Positions 52,470-62,757 of a DNA stretch of 64,000 bases are shown piece by piece. The position numbers and the translations under genes were made by a program. This stretch comes from Rickettsiales bacterium. Lineage in GTDB: Bacteria > Pseudomonadota > Alphaproteobacteria > Rickettsiales > RI-342. Positions within the stretch are counted from its first letter, which is position 1, and every line of letters starts with the position of its first letter. Under the pieces are notes generated by a model. It worked only from the letters and a program-made list of their open reading frames with translations. It was not told the origin of the DNA and made no database searches. The stretch covers positions 8,659 through 72,658 of the forward strand of contig JBIPLF010000003.1 in NCBI GenBank assembly GCA_044368015.1. The letters run 5' to 3'.

Positions 52470-52739
52470 CTATTCTGCAAGAACACTTAGTCTTCCTGGT
52501 TTCTTTGAGTAAAAGAATGATACCCCACCAGAGACTTCTGCAATCTGCGGGTCGTAATACCCTTCTTCTTTCTCTTCCAGTAATCTCTCCCAGCGGGCCT
52601 TAATATCTCTCCAAGGAGATTTAGATATCCGCTGGACGTTATACCAATGATAGAGCTCTCCCAAACTGATAAACGTAGTCCCGTTAGCATACAGTTGATC
52701 CAGACGTTCCCATAGCTGATCTTCATGTCTTTTTAGCAT
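52470..52739 (-). CDS. Hypothetical protein (89 aa), AT-rich
   Basis: ORF only, no recognisable motif. Confidence 0.4.
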   Translation of the reverse strand: MLKRHEDQLWERLDQLYANGTTFISLGELYHWYNVQRISKSPWRDIKARWERLLEEKEEGYYDPQIAEVSGGVSFFYSKKPGRLSVLAE

Positions 52740-52851
52740 ACCCCTTTTCTCCCTTGCTCGTAGTGAATACTAGGGTGATTTATAGGGCACTATAAGAATA
52801 AGATCAACTTAAAATTATAACGGACGGTTATTTTTCTAAAGCTCTCTGCAC

Positions 52852-53469
52852 CTACGCCGCTTTTTTCTCCGCCGCCTTGGCGAATTGCTCCGCCGCAAAT
52901 GCCCAGTTGACGAGGCTATTTAAGAACGTGTCCACATAATCGGGGCGACGGTTTTGGAAGTCGATATAATAGGCATGTTCCCACACATCGCAGGTGAGGA
53001 TGGCGGTCTGGCCATGCACCATCGGCGTATCGGCATTGGCGGTTTTGGTGATTTTCAACTGACCGTTTTCAGCCACCAACCACGCCCATCCGCTGCCGAA
53101 CTGGGTGAGTGCTGCGTTTTTGAATTCGGCCTTGAAGGCATCCAGACTGCCGAAGCTGCTGCGGATGGCATCGGCCAGTGCGCCGGTGGGTTCACCGCCG
53201 CCGTTCGGGGTCATGCAATGCCAGTAGAAGGTATGGTTCCACACTTGGGCTGCATTGTTGAAGATGCCCGCTTTGGTGGCATCCTTGGCCGATGCATGGA
53301 TAATTTCTTCCAGCGATTTTCCGGCGAGGTCGTTTCCGGCAATCAGCTCGTTCAGCTTCACCACATAGGCATTATGATGCTTGCCATGGTGGAATTCCAG
53401 CGTGCGCGCCGTGATATGCGGCTCCAGCGCGGTGTTGGCATACGGAAGCGGAGGCAGGGTGAAGGTCAT
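52852..53469 (-). CDS. sodB: Fe/Mn superoxide dismutase (Fe-type)
   Basis: LPPLPYANTALEPHI...FHHGKHH and DVWEHAYYIDF. Confidence 0.95.
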   Translation of the reverse strand: MTFTLPPLPYANTALEPHITARTLEFHHGKHHNAYVVKLNELIAGNDLAGKSLEEIIHASAKDATKAGIFNNAAQVWNHTFYWHCMTPNGGGEPTGALADAIRSSFGSLDAFKAEFKNAALTQFGSGWAWLVAENGQLKITKTANADTPMVHGQTAILTCDVWEHAYYIDFQNRRPDYVDTFLNSLVNWAFAAEQFAKAAEKKAA

Positions 53470-53807
53470 GAGGTACGTCCTTGCTATGGGTGATCGGGAT
53501 AGGTCACGACTCTAGTCATCAGGCAGGGGAATGCAAGGGGGTTGACAGGAGGCGCAGATCAATCGTTAATGTGGCAGCACTTATCTTGAAAGGATTTCCC
53601 ATGATGTACCCCCCCATGATCAGCATAGAGGAAGCACTCATACTTGCAGGACTACAAAACGGTGGAGCGCCGGTGGACCCAACCCAACAGCCTGTCACTC
53701 CAACCGCGACAGTGACTGCCACCCCCGAACCGGTGGTTTCAGAAGCAGAGTTGCGAGATATGGTCACCCGCGCCAAAACCCAACTTGGCTACCGCTCCGC
53801 TTAACCG

Positions 53808-55523
53808 TTACGCCCCCATCCCCACGGCCTTTAGCAATTCCCGCGTATAGGCGTGGGCGGGGTGGCTGAAGAGCGATTCGCTGGCACCGTATTCCACTAC
53901 CTCGCCGCCTTTCAGCACTGCCGTGCGATGCGCCAGACAGCGTACGACCGGCAGATTGTGGCTGATGAGCAGATAGGTCAGTTGATAGCGCTGTTGCAGG
54001 TCGCGTAGCAGATGCAGCACCTGCGCCTGCGTCAGCACATCGAGCGCGGAGGTTGGTTCGTCGAGGATGATAAGTTCCGGCCGGAGTACCAGCGCCCGCG
54101 CAATGCTGATACGCTGCCGTTGCCCGCCGCTGAAAGCGTGCGGATAGCGATGTTTGGCGGAAACCTCCATCCCCACATCGGTAAGCGCCCGGTCGATCAG
54201 CCATTCCATGCCCTTGCCTTCCGGATCAAGTGCGGGCAAGGCGCTGCGATGCGTCCGCAACCCTTCCAGCAGAATATCCCGCACCATCATGCGCGGGTTG
54301 AGGCTGCTATAGGGGTCCTGAAACACCATTTGCAGGCGACGGCGCAAGGGCCGCATCTGCGCGGTGCTGTAGCCCTCTATCGCCTCCTCCCCGAAACGAA
54401 TCGTGCCGGTGCTTTTTACCAACCGTAACAAGGCGAGTGCCAACGTGGTTTTGCCGGAACCACTCTCCCCCACCAGCCCCAGCGTTTCGCCTTTGTACAG
54501 GGTAAGGCTCACATCCCGCACCACCGGTGTCATCTCCGGCTTGCCGTTCAGCACCCGCTTTTTGGGAAAGGCAACGCTTAACCGCTCCATCGTCAGCAGG
54601 GGTACAGCATCCGGCAGGGGCGCAGGTGCATGATCGCTGGGAGTGGCGGCAATCAGCGCCTTGGTGTAGTCGTGCTGAGGGGCTGCAAACAGGGTGTTCG
54701 TCGCCCCCTCCTCTACCTTTTCTCCGTGGCGCATCACCAACACCCGGTCGGCCATGTCGCGCACGATATGCAGGTCATGAGTGATGAGCAGCATCGCCAT
54801 GCCCATACTCCGTTGCAAATCGCGCAGCAGTTGCAGCACCTGCGCCTGCACGGTGACATCCAGCGCGGTGGTCGGTTCATCGGCAATCAGCAGCGCCGGG
54901 CTGTTGGCGATCGCCATGGCGATCATCACCCGCTGCCGCTGCCCGCCGCTCAGTTCATGCGGGTACGCATGCAGGCGTGTGGTGAGGCTGCCCAGCCCTA
55001 CTTGTTCCAGCAGTTCCACCACACGCGCTTTCGCCTGCGGCTTGGTGAGGGGTTGATGCAACAGGATATTCTCGGCGATCTGCCGCCCGATGGGGTGCAG
55101 CGGGTTCAGCGCCGTCATCGGCTCCTGAAAGATCATCCCGATGCGGTTGCCGCGGATGCTACGCAGTTGCGGTAGCGGGCAGGAGGCGAGGTCGATCTTC
55201 TCCCTCTCCCTTTGGGAGAGGGCCGGGGTGAGGGATGTTTTGTCGAGGTCTGGATTTCCCCTCACCCTGCCCTCTCCCACAGGGAGAGGGTTCTCCCGAT
55301 ACCACACCTGACTCTCCTTCGAGAGGACCAGAGGTGCGGAAATCAGCCGCAGCAGGGACAGCGCAGTGAGCGACTTCCCCGAACCGCTTTCGCCCACCAG
55401 CGCCAGCGTTTCCCCAGCGGCGAGCGTGAAGCTCAGCGGCTTGACGAGCGTACGCTCCCCCTTCCCTTCCGGCACCGAGATCGAGAGGTTGCGTACATCC
55501 AATAAGGGCAATGGGTCAGACAT
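53808..55523 (-). CDS. Double-ABC-domain ATP-binding protein (YejF/oligopeptide-type), with an in-frame family B repeat
   Basis: Two Walker A motifs (GESGSGKS, GESGSGKT) and two LSGGQRQR signatures. Confidence 0.9.
   Translation of the reverse strand: MSDPLPLLDVRNLSISVPEGKGERTLVKPLSFTLAAGETLALVGESGSGKSLTALSLLRLISAPLVLSKESQVWYRENPLPVGEGRVRGNPDLDKTSLTPALSQREREKIDLASCPLPQLRSIRGNRIGMIFQEPMTALNPLHPIGRQIAENILLHQPLTKPQAKARVVELLEQVGLGSLTTRLHAYPHELSGGQRQRVMIAMAIANSPALLIADEPTTALDVTVQAQVLQLLRDLQRSMGMAMLLITHDLHIVRDMADRVLVMRHGEKVEEGATNTLFAAPQHDYTKALIAATPSDHAPAPLPDAVPLLTMERLSVAFPKKRVLNGKPEMTPVVRDVSLTLYKGETLGLVGESGSGKTTLALALLRLVKSTGTIRFGEEAIEGYSTAQMRPLRRRLQMVFQDPYSSLNPRMMVRDILLEGLRTHRSALPALDPEGKGMEWLIDRALTDVGMEVSAKHRYPHAFSGGQRQRISIARALVLRPELIILDEPTSALDVLTQAQVLHLLRDLQQRYQLTYLLISHNLPVVRCLAHRTAVLKGGEVVEYGASESLFSHPAHAYTRELLKAVGMGA
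55202..55290. repeat. Family B palindromic repeat, in frame in the ABC ATPase gene
   Basis: CCCTCTCCCTTTGGGAGAGGGCCGGGGTGAGGG...CCCTCACCCTGCCCTCTCCCACAGGGAGAGGG encodes [31 protein letters not shown]. Confidence 0.9.
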
Positions 55524-55562
55524 GCGCGCCACCATAGCGGAGCAGAGAGAAGGTGGCTAGTC

Positions 55563-56297
55563 CTACCGCACGCCCGGTAACAAATGCATGCCGCTGTTGA
55601 GGGCGATCATCTGGCCGGTGAGGCTGGGGGTAGAGAGCACAAACCGCACCGCCTGCACCACTTCCTCCGGGCTGGAGGCCCGTTGCATCGGGGTGGAGGC
55701 GACCAGCCGGTCATAGGCCCCGCTCTCGGTATCGTGGTGGCTTGGAAGGGTCGGGCCGGGAGCAATCGCGTTCACCCGGATGCACGGGGCGAGTCCCTTG
55801 GCGAGCAGTTGGGTGAGGTTCCACAGCGCCGCTTTACTCACCGTATAGGAGAGAAATTCCGGCGAGAGCGACCAGTTGAGGCAAGCGTCGGTCAGGTGGA
55901 TGATGTTGCCTGCCTCCCCCTCATATTGCGCGGCGAACTCCCTCGCCAGCAATGCGGGTGCGAGTGCGTGCAGATCCATATGCCGGTGCCAGCTCTCCGG
56001 CGTCAGGGTGGCGGGGGAATCCTTCTCAAACAGCGAGGCATTGTGGATGAGACAGGAAAGCCCTCCCAATCCCTCCACCGCACGAGGGACGAGCCGTTGC
56101 ACTGCGTCGGCATCATTCAGATCAGCGGCAAGCAGCACCACCCGCCGCCCCAGAGCGCGAATCGCCTGCGCGGCGCTTTCCGCCTCGCCCTGCGAGTGAT
56201 GGTAATGAAGCGCGATATCCCAGCCATCGGCGGCGAGTCCCAAGGCGATCTCGCGGCCAATACGGCGGGCGGCTCCGGTGATGAGGATAGTTTGCAT
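55563..56297 (-). CDS. SDR-family oxidoreductase (pteridine-reductase-like)
   Basis: ILITGAARRIGREIA, the NASLF region and YTVSKAAL (YxxxK). Start at MQTIL. Confidence 0.8.
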   Translation of the reverse strand: MQTILITGAARRIGREIALGLAADGWDIALHYHHSQGEAESAAQAIRALGRRVVLLAADLNDADAVQRLVPRAVEGLGGLSCLIHNASLFEKDSPATLTPESWHRHMDLHALAPALLAREFAAQYEGEAGNIIHLTDACLNWSLSPEFLSYTVSKAALWNLTQLLAKGLAPCIRVNAIAPGPTLPSHHDTESGAYDRLVASTPMQRASSPEEVVQAVRFVLSTPSLTGQMIALNSGMHLLPGVR

Positions 56298-56300
56298 AAA

Positions 56301-56366
56301 GTTGCCAGTATTAAGTTGCCAGTTGTCAGATACGATACCCACTGGCAACTCGCAACTGACAACTGA
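56301..56366. repeat. Family E palindrome, intergenic copy
   Basis: GTTGCCAGTATTAAGTTGCCAGTTGTCAG...CACTGGCAACTCGCAACTGACAACTG. Confidence 0.85.
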
Positions 56367-56369
56367 TCG

Positions 56370-57392
56370 CTATATCTTCCCATCCTGCGAGAGCAGCACC
56401 GCAATGGGCCTGCTGGAGGGGAATTCCGCCAGCACAATCATCACGATCACGGTCAGCGGCACGCAGAGGAACATCCCGGCCACGCCCCAGATGGTGCCCC
56501 ACAAGACCAGCGAGAGGAGAATCACCAACGGACTCAGATTCACCGTATTGCCGATCAGTCGCGGCTCCATAAAGTTCCCAATCGCAAACTGGATCGCGCC
56601 CGTGCCCGCAACCAGAATCAGCAGCGGGGTGAAGCTATCATACTGGGCGAGCGCCTGAAGCGCAGGCAAGGCAATGCTGAGCAGCCCACCCAAATTCGGG
56701 ATGAAATTGAAGAAAAACACCAGCACGCTCCAGAACCCGGCGAAATCCAGCCCCACGCCCCACATCACCCCATAACTGAGCACCGCAGTGAGGATGCTCG
56801 CCAGCGTCTTGACCCATAAATAGCCCCGCACCCGCTTATGCACGTCCCTCACAATGGATTGCCAGCGTTTGGCACGGTCGGCATCGCCACTCATCGCCAC
56901 CAGCTTGCGGGGGAAACTCCGCTGCTCCAGAATCAGAAACACCACATAGAGGAGAATCAGCACCGTGTTACTGGCGGCACTCGCCAGCCCTTCCGCAATG
57001 CCGGAAAGCAGGCTGCCGACATCCAGACTATCCCGAATGCGCTGCACCACATCGGCCTGTTCCAGATGCAACGCGCCAAATGCCTTGGCTAGCATCGCCT
57101 CGATATTGGCGCGGTAGGTAGGGGCAAGCTGCACTGCATCCTGCAAATGATGCTCTACAAACTGGATGGGCGCCCAGATGAAGGCAAAGAAGCTGGCAAT
57201 TCCGAGCCCGAAACACAGACGCGGAAAACGTGGCAACAGCCTGTGATAGCCTTCGGCGAGGGCATGCATCAGGTACCAGATAAAGAGGGCAATCACAAAG
57301 GGCAGCAGCAGCGGTTTGGCCGCCGCCAGCACATAAATACCCGCGAGGGAGGCGAGGAAGTAAAGCGGAAAGACGGGGAAAGATGGGTTCAT
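56370..57392 (-). CDS. AI-2E family transporter (PerM/YhhT-like permease)
   Basis: Multiple TM segments and C-terminal WGTIWGVAGMFLCVPLTV. Start at MNPSFP. Confidence 0.85.
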   Translation of the reverse strand: MNPSFPVFPLYFLASLAGIYVLAAAKPLLLPFVIALFIWYLMHALAEGYHRLLPRFPRLCFGLGIASFFAFIWAPIQFVEHHLQDAVQLAPTYRANIEAMLAKAFGALHLEQADVVQRIRDSLDVGSLLSGIAEGLASAASNTVLILLYVVFLILEQRSFPRKLVAMSGDADRAKRWQSIVRDVHKRVRGYLWVKTLASILTAVLSYGVMWGVGLDFAGFWSVLVFFFNFIPNLGGLLSIALPALQALAQYDSFTPLLILVAGTGAIQFAIGNFMEPRLIGNTVNLSPLVILLSLVLWGTIWGVAGMFLCVPLTVIVMIVLAEFPSSRPIAVLLSQDGKI

Positions 57393-57413
57393 CCTGATAC
57401 ATCCTATCGATGG

Positions 57414-57559
57414 TTTACCTCCCCCTTGATGGGGGAGGTCGGCGAGCGGCGTGAGCGTCGCGAATCGCCAGCGAGACCGGGAGGGGGTGACGTATGGTGG
57501 CAATCACCCTCCCCCGGAATCGTGAACGATTCCGACCCCTCCCATTCAGGGAGGGGTGA
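57414..57559. repeat. Family A composite repeat, inverted orientation
   Basis: Part 2 lies at 57414-57491 and part 1 at 57504-57559. Together they are the reverse complement of the 5556-5705 unit. Confidence 0.9.
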
Positions 57560-57576
57560 GTTGCCGCAACGTCTTT

Positions 57577-58542
57577 CTATCCAATGATCTCCGCATCCTT
57601 ATACCCCTGAAGGTAGAGCAGGCTGCGTAAATCGCCGTGGCGCAGTTGTGCGGGCACCACCGCATTCACCGCAGGCTTGGCGTGATACGCCACCCCCAAC
57701 CCTGCCGCCTGCAGCATGGGAATATCGTTAGCGCCATCACCCAGTGCCAGCGTGGCTTCCACCGGTAATACGCGGGCATGGCGTTCTGCATCCATAATCT
57801 CCCGCTTGGCATCCTTATCCAGAATAGGATCGGCCACCGTGCCGGTAAGGTTTCCTAGCGCGTCTGTTTCCAGAGTATTGGCGTAATCGGCATGGAAGCC
57901 CAGCGCGTCCCGCACCCGCGAGGTAAAGGGCGTGAATCCGCCTGACACCACCACCAGATGCGCGCCGTTTACCCGCATGGTGGCAGCAAGACTCTCCGCC
58001 CCCGGCATCAGGGCGATCCGCTCGTTAAACACGCGCTCGCACACGGAAAAGGGAAGCCCCTTTAACAGCGCCACCCGCTCACGCAAGGCCTGATGGAAAT
58101 CCAGCTCGCCATTCATCGCCCGTTCGGTGATGGCCGCGACATGGGTTTTCATCCCCACTTCATCCGACAGTTCATCCAGACATTCCTGAAGGATCAGTGT
58201 GGAATCCATATCGCTGACGAGGAGCTTTTTGCGACGGTGAGAGGTGTCCGGCTGCACTACTAAATCCAGCCGGTCACGCAGGAGCTCCAGCGCATGATGA
58301 AGTGCCATCGCGTCCGGATGGGTGACGCGCAGATCGCAAGCCCGCCCTTCCGAAAGCCAATCGGTGGAAAGCAGAACGGCCCTCGCATCCTGCAGGAGCC
58401 GTTTCACTGTTTCGATTTCGCCATCCTGAAACGCAGCCGGGACCACACAGGTAACAATCAGCCTTCGCTGAGCTTCAGGCTCTGACGGGCTGCAAATGCT
58501 GGTTTCCTCTCCGCTCCTCATGTCATGTACCCACATGTACAA
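57577..58542 (-). CDS. serB: Phosphoserine phosphatase SerB
   Basis: LLVSDMDSTLI (DxDST) and GDGANDIPML..AGLGVAYHAKP. Exact start uncertain. Confidence 0.9.
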   Translation of the reverse strand: MYMWVHDMRSGEETSICSPSEPEAQRRLIVTCVVPAAFQDGEIETVKRLLQDARAVLLSTDWLSEGRACDLRVTHPDAMALHHALELLRDRLDLVVQPDTSHRRKKLLVSDMDSTLILQECLDELSDEVGMKTHVAAITERAMNGELDFHQALRERVALLKGLPFSVCERVFNERIALMPGAESLAATMRVNGAHLVVVSGGFTPFTSRVRDALGFHADYANTLETDALGNLTGTVADPILDKDAKREIMDAERHARVLPVEATLALGDGANDIPMLQAAGLGVAYHAKPAVNAVVPAQLRHGDLRSLLYLQGYKDAEIIG

Positions 58543-58617
58543 TCATTTCGGCGCTCGAAAAACCGACATTTTCGCTCCATCATCCCTCTGAATTTCAACG
58601 GAAGCCTATCGCGTCAT

Positions 58618-59475
58618 CTACTTCTTCGTCGCCGACTGGATGTTCTGCGTCCATTCGGAGGTAGCAGCACTCACCCGTGCACCCAGCGGCTCGGTCGTAT
58701 CGGCCGAGAGCTTGAACCACAGGGAAGAGAGGCGCGACAGGTAATCGACATACATCTCGGTGCTGCTTTGGAAGTTGCGATTGCACAGTTCAGCAAAGTC
58801 ATGCGCGGTGCGGCATTCCAGCGCCCGACGCGAGGCATCTGTCGCATTCGCCATGGTAGCGGTGGCGTATTGCATCGCTTCCTGACGGACATTGCGTGCC
58901 CATTGGTTGGCAACCGACCCGCACTCTACTGCGGCCTCGATATTTTCATGACCAAAGCGCATGGCATTGGAAACCGCCGCCGTGGCATCGCCGGTGCCGA
59001 TATTGCCCCATTGGGTGCTGGCGGTGTTGGTCCAGTCGCTGAACGGATTCTGCCACCCTTGCGCGGTAGACCATGGGTTGCCCGCTGCCGCCGCTGCCGG
59101 ATTCCAGTTGCTCCCGCTGCTGGGTTTGGAGGCCGGTTTGGCCGATGCATAGGGCTTGTAGGAGGTCGATTTGCTGGCGGATGCCGCCGCCGGTTTCGCG
59201 GTTGCAGATTTGGCAGCAGGCGCTGGTTTGGCAGGTTTCCCTGCCGGTTTCGCCGAAGTCGAGGAGGCCGGCTTGCCCGATCCAATGGCCACCACGCGGG
59301 ACGGGGCAGTGGCGGAAGGTGCCTCAGGTTTGGACGCAGCAGGTGCCGCCGCCGCAGGACGATTAGAGGCCACCGGCGCAGAGAAGGGGGCTGATTTTTT
59401 GGCGCTATCGGTGCTGCTGCCGGAGGCGGAAGCGGAACCGCCGGCAGGCGAGGAGGACTTGTTTGCTTCAGACAT
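58618..59475 (-). CDS. Phasin-family-like protein with a long Ala/Pro/Ser-rich N-terminal region
   Basis: The C-terminal ~110 aa (ECRTAHDFAELCNRNFQSSTEMYVDYLSRL) resemble the phasin (PhaP) domain. The N-terminal ~170 aa are low complexity. Confidence 0.5.
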   Translation of the reverse strand: MSEANKSSSPAGGSASASGSSTDSAKKSAPFSAPVASNRPAAAAPAASKPEAPSATAPSRVVAIGSGKPASSTSAKPAGKPAKPAPAAKSATAKPAAASASKSTSYKPYASAKPASKPSSGSNWNPAAAAAGNPWSTAQGWQNPFSDWTNTASTQWGNIGTGDATAAVSNAMRFGHENIEAAVECGSVANQWARNVRQEAMQYATATMANATDASRRALECRTAHDFAELCNRNFQSSTEMYVDYLSRLSSLWFKLSADTTEPLGARVSAATSEWTQNIQSATKK

Positions 59476-59546
59476 ATCGCTAATTCCTTAACTGGTTTTT
59501 AAGGTTTAATTTCCGACGCTTAGGGTAGAAGTCTTCCCGCTTTCTG

Positions 59547-59825
59547 TCAAGCGGCCATATCTTCCGGTTCGGCTTCCTGTGCGTAGCTGGTTACGATCCC
59601 CAGCGCCGATTTATAGGCCTCGAGCAAAAATTCGGTTTCGTCTAATTCCGGCTTGTCGAGCTTGCGCAACCGTATGACCTGCTTCATGATCTTTGGCTCA
59701 AACCCGGTGGCCTTTGCTTCCAGAAACACGTCCTTGATGTCGTCCTGAATGCCCTTTTTTTCTTCCTCCAGACGTTCGATGCGCTCAATGAATTGCCGAA
59801 GCTGATCGGCTGAGAAATGTTGCAT
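59547..59825 (-). CDS. gapR: DUF2312/UPF0335 protein (GapR-like nucleoid-associated protein)
   Basis: [47 protein letters not shown]. Confidence 0.88.
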   Translation of the reverse strand: MQHFSADQLRQFIERIERLEEEKKGIQDDIKDVFLEAKATGFEPKIMKQVIRLRKLDKPELDETEFLLEAYKSALGIVTSYAQEAEPEDMAA

Positions 59826-59846
59826 AAAGTCTACTCCTTCGTGTGA

Positions 59847-60494
59847 TTACAATGCGATATCGGTATGCAGCGCCACGCCGCTGGCCGTCGCCATCTGCTC
59901 CATATAGGCGAGCACTTTCGGCGGGAAACGCAAACCCTTGACAATCGACAGGCTGCGCAGGGTGGCAAACAGGTGGAAATCGTCGGTGGAGAGGTCGCGG
60001 TTCACCCCACGCGGCGAGACGATCAGCGGCTCCAGCAATGCGAGATGCGCGTTCGCCGCCGCAATATATTCGTGGCTACGCACCAGATGCTCGGCAAACG
60101 GGCCGCGCATCGCTTCTTTCTTTTTGGTGAAATAGGCGCGTGCGCCCTCGGTGGCAAATTCCGGGAGCGGCGCCTGCACCCAACGCGGCATGACGAGCGG
60201 GCTGCGATACGGGTCGGTGCCGGCAATCCACTCCGCCACCACCGGGCGGGTGGGGCCACTGACAATCGGCTTCCCATCCAGTCCATCGACATAGGCGACG
60301 ATATCCATACTCTCCGGCAGGTGGGTGCCGTCGTCTTTTTCGAGAATCGGCACCATTTTCTGGCCGATCATGCGGATGGGCGTTTCCTCGTCATCATTGA
60401 GCAAAATGATTGGCTCAAACGGAATGCCTTTCAGCCCGAAGATCATCTCGGCTTTAACGCAGAAGGGGCAGTGATCGTAGATGTATAATTTCAT
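59847..60494 (-). CDS. grxB: Glutaredoxin 2
   Basis: MKLYIYDHCPFCVKAEMIFGLKGIPFE...VPILEKDDGTHLPESMDIVAYVD closely parallels E. coli GrxB. The upstream part of the long ORF is rejected. Confidence 0.9.
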   Translation of the reverse strand: MKLYIYDHCPFCVKAEMIFGLKGIPFEPIILLNDDEETPIRMIGQKMVPILEKDDGTHLPESMDIVAYVDGLDGKPIVSGPTRPVVAEWIAGTDPYRSPLVMPRWVQAPLPEFATEGARAYFTKKKEAMRGPFAEHLVRSHEYIAAANAHLALLEPLIVSPRGVNRDLSTDDFHLFATLRSLSIVKGLRFPPKVLAYMEQMATASGVALHTDIAL

Positions 60495-60555
60495 GCCTCC
60501 GGTGCTACCATAGTTGGCCTTGCCCGCCAACATCAAACTGTGTAGGTTGGCGCTT

Positions 60556-61368
60556 ATGTTACCTCCTCCCGTGACCACCGAATCGCGTCGGATGCTGCCG
60601 CTGGGCAAGCTCTTCCCCAACATGATTACCATCATGGCGCTGTGTGCCGGGCTTTCGGCGATCCGCTTTGCCTTCCATGAGCGCTGGGAATATGCCGTCG
60701 CGGCGATCATCGTCGCGGGCATTCTGGACGGGATGGACGGACGCCTCGCCCGGCTGCTCAACGCCACCAGCACCTTCGGCGCGCAACTGGATTCGCTCTC
60801 CGATTTCATCAGCTTTGGCGTCGCCCCGGCGATGGTGCTGTATATCTGGAAGCTGCATGAAATTAAAGGCATCGGCTGGGCAGCGGCGATGCTGTTTGCG
60901 GTCTGCTGCGCGATCCGGCTTGCCCGCTTCAACACGCAGGCGGCGGAAGGCGATGTCACCGCCCCTCCGCCCGACCAGTATTTCACCGGCGTGCCCGCTC
61001 CCGGAGGCGGGGGACTGTCGCTGCTGCCGATGATGCTTACCTTTGAGTTCGGTACGGGGATGGTGGATGTGGCATGGCTGTGCATCGGCTGGACGGTGGT
61101 GGTGGCCTTGCTCATGGCCAGCCGCGTGCCCACCTTCTCCATCAAGCATATGGGCGTGCGTCACGACATGGTGGGATATATCATGGTCGGTGCGGGACTG
61201 ATTATCGCCTTTATGATTATCGAACCCTGGATGACCTTTCCCGCGCTGGGGCTGTTTTATGTCTGCACCATTCCGGCCGCAGCGGTGCATTGGTATCGGC
61301 GCAGAAAACGCCTCTCCCGCTTTGCCGGATATGTGGGGGTGGCCACCAGAGAGGATGAGTATGTTTAG
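60556..61368 (+). CDS. pssA: CDP-diacylglycerol-serine O-phosphatidyltransferase
   Basis: CDP-alcohol phosphatidyltransferase motif DGMDGRLARLL...GAQLDSLSD. Start uncertain (60514 or 60556). Confidence 0.88.
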   Translation: MLPPPVTTESRRMLPLGKLFPNMITIMALCAGLSAIRFAFHERWEYAVAAIIVAGILDGMDGRLARLLNATSTFGAQLDSLSDFISFGVAPAMVLYIWKLHEIKGIGWAAAMLFAVCCAIRLARFNTQAAEGDVTAPPPDQYFTGVPAPGGGGLSLLPMMLTFEFGTGMVDVAWLCIGWTVVVALLMASRVPTFSIKHMGVRHDMVGYIMVGAGLIIAFMIIEPWMTFPALGLFYVCTIPAAAVHWYRRRKRLSRFAGYVGVATREDEYV

Positions 61369-61369
61369 G

Positions 61370-61401
61370 GGAGGGGTCAGGATTCAGGAGTCAGGATTCG
61401 G
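61370..61401. repeat. Family F half-element
   Basis: GGGGTCAGGATTCAGGAGTCAGGATTCGG with no matching second arm nearby. Confidence 0.6.
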
Positions 61402-61408
61402 TCGTGGT

Positions 61409-61513
61409 ATGCACCTTATTCTAGGAGTTGGCGCGATATGCCTCCTCCTCACCGGATGCGGGGTGAAGGGCGAGTTGCGCCATCCGGAACCGCCGGTGAC
61501 GGTACAACCGTAA
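61409..61513 (+). CDS. Small lipoprotein, LptM (YifL)-like
   Basis: MHLILGVGAICLLLTGCGVKGELRHPE has a lipobox plus the GCGxKGxL motif. It lies immediately upstream of lysA, as YifL-type genes often do. Confidence 0.6.
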   Translation: MHLILGVGAICLLLTGCGVKGELRHPEPPVTVQP

Positions 61514-62757
61514 TGGACCACTTCGCCTACCAACACGGCATCCTCCACGCAGAGGACACCCCCATTCCCGATCTGGTGGCGCGCTACGGCACGCCGCTTT
61601 ATGTCTATTCCAAAGCCACCGTCACCCGGCATTATCAGGTGTTTACGGAGAGCTTCGCCGACCGCGCCCATAAGGTCTGTTATGCGGTGAAAGCCAATGC
61701 CCATGCGGGGGTGTTGCAAACGCTCGCGGCACTCGGTAGCGGGGCGGATGTCGTCTCTGCCGGAGAGATTGCGCTGGCCGTGGAGGCCGGGATTCCACCG
61801 GGTAAAATCGTCTTTTCCGGTGTGGGGAAGATGCGGCGCGAGATGGCCTATGCGCTGGGGCTGGGCGTGTTTCAGTATAATGTGGAATCGCTTCCGGAGC
61901 TGGAATTGCTCAACCAGGTGGCGTGTGAAATGGGGGTCAAAGCCCCCATTGCTCTGCGGCTCAACCCGGATGTGGATCCGCAAACCCACGCCAAAATCTC
62001 CACCGGCAAGAAGGATACCAAGTTCGGTATCAGCATGGAGGAAGCCTGGGGCATGTACCACCATGCACGCAGCCTGCCGGGGATCGCCGTGCAGGGGGTG
62101 TCGGTGCATATCGGCTCGCAACTGACCTCGCTGCCGCCCTTCGAGCAGGCCTTTGCGAAAGTGTGCGACTTCACCCGCGCCTTGCTGGCGGAAGGATTCC
62201 CCATCTCGGTGCTGGATTTAGGCGGTGGGCTGGGTGTGCCGTACCATCAGGAAGAACCGCCCTCGCCCGCGCTCTACGCGGAGAGCGTCAAAAAAGTGGT
62301 GGGGGATTTACCCTGCGAACTGGTGTTTGAGCCGGGGCGGATGATCGTCGCCAATGCGGGAGTGCTGGTGACGGAAGTGATTTATGTCAAAAGAAGTGGT
62401 CAGTTATCAGTTGCTAGTCCTCAGTCTGCTGGCAACTGGCAACTGGCAACTGGCCACTCCTCCCGCACCTTCCTCATCGTGGATGCCGGGATGAACGACC
62501 TGCTGCGTCCGGCGCTTTATGGCGCCTATCACACCATCATCCCGGTGCGGGAAGCCGAAGCGGATGCGCCGTTCTCCCCCGTGGATATTGTCGGGCCGGT
62601 ATGCGAAACCAGCGATATTTTCGCGGAACAACGCCCCATGCCGCCGGTGGTTGCGGGTGACCTGCTCGCCATCCGCACTGCCGGAGCCTATGGCGCGGTG
62701 CTCGCCAGCACCTACAACGCACGGCCACGGGTGCAAGAGGTGATGGTAGGCAGCTAG
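61513..62757 (+). CDS. lysA: Diaminopimelate decarboxylase, with an in-frame family E repeat
   Basis: GTPLYVYS, YAVKAN (PLP lysine), LDLGGGLGV, EPGR and GPVCE. Its start overlaps the upstream stop (TAATG). Confidence 0.93.
   Translation: MDHFAYQHGILHAEDTPIPDLVARYGTPLYVYSKATVTRHYQVFTESFADRAHKVCYAVKANAHAGVLQTLAALGSGADVVSAGEIALAVEAGIPPGKIVFSGVGKMRREMAYALGLGVFQYNVESLPELELLNQVACEMGVKAPIALRLNPDVDPQTHAKISTGKKDTKFGISMEEAWGMYHHARSLPGIAVQGVSVHIGSQLTSLPPFEQAFAKVCDFTRALLAEGFPISVLDLGGGLGVPYHQEEPPSPALYAESVKKVVGDLPCELVFEPGRMIVANAGVLVTEVIYVKRSGQLSVASPQSAGNWQLATGHSSRTFLIVDAGMNDLLRPALYGAYHTIIPVREAEADAPFSPVDIVGPVCETSDIFAEQRPMPPVVAGDLLAIRTAGAYGAVLASTYNARPRVQEVMVGS
62401..62457. repeat. Family E palindrome, in frame in lysA
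   Basis: CAGTTATCAGTTGCTAG...GCTGGCAACTGGCAACTGGCAACTGGCCAC encodes QLSVASPQSAGNWQLATGH. Confidence 0.9.

Noticed and set aside
60495-61145. N-terminal 217 codons of the 432-aa minus-strand ORF
   Set aside because: This part is antisense to pssA. The GrxB homology begins exactly at MKLYIYDHCPFC (ATG 60494).
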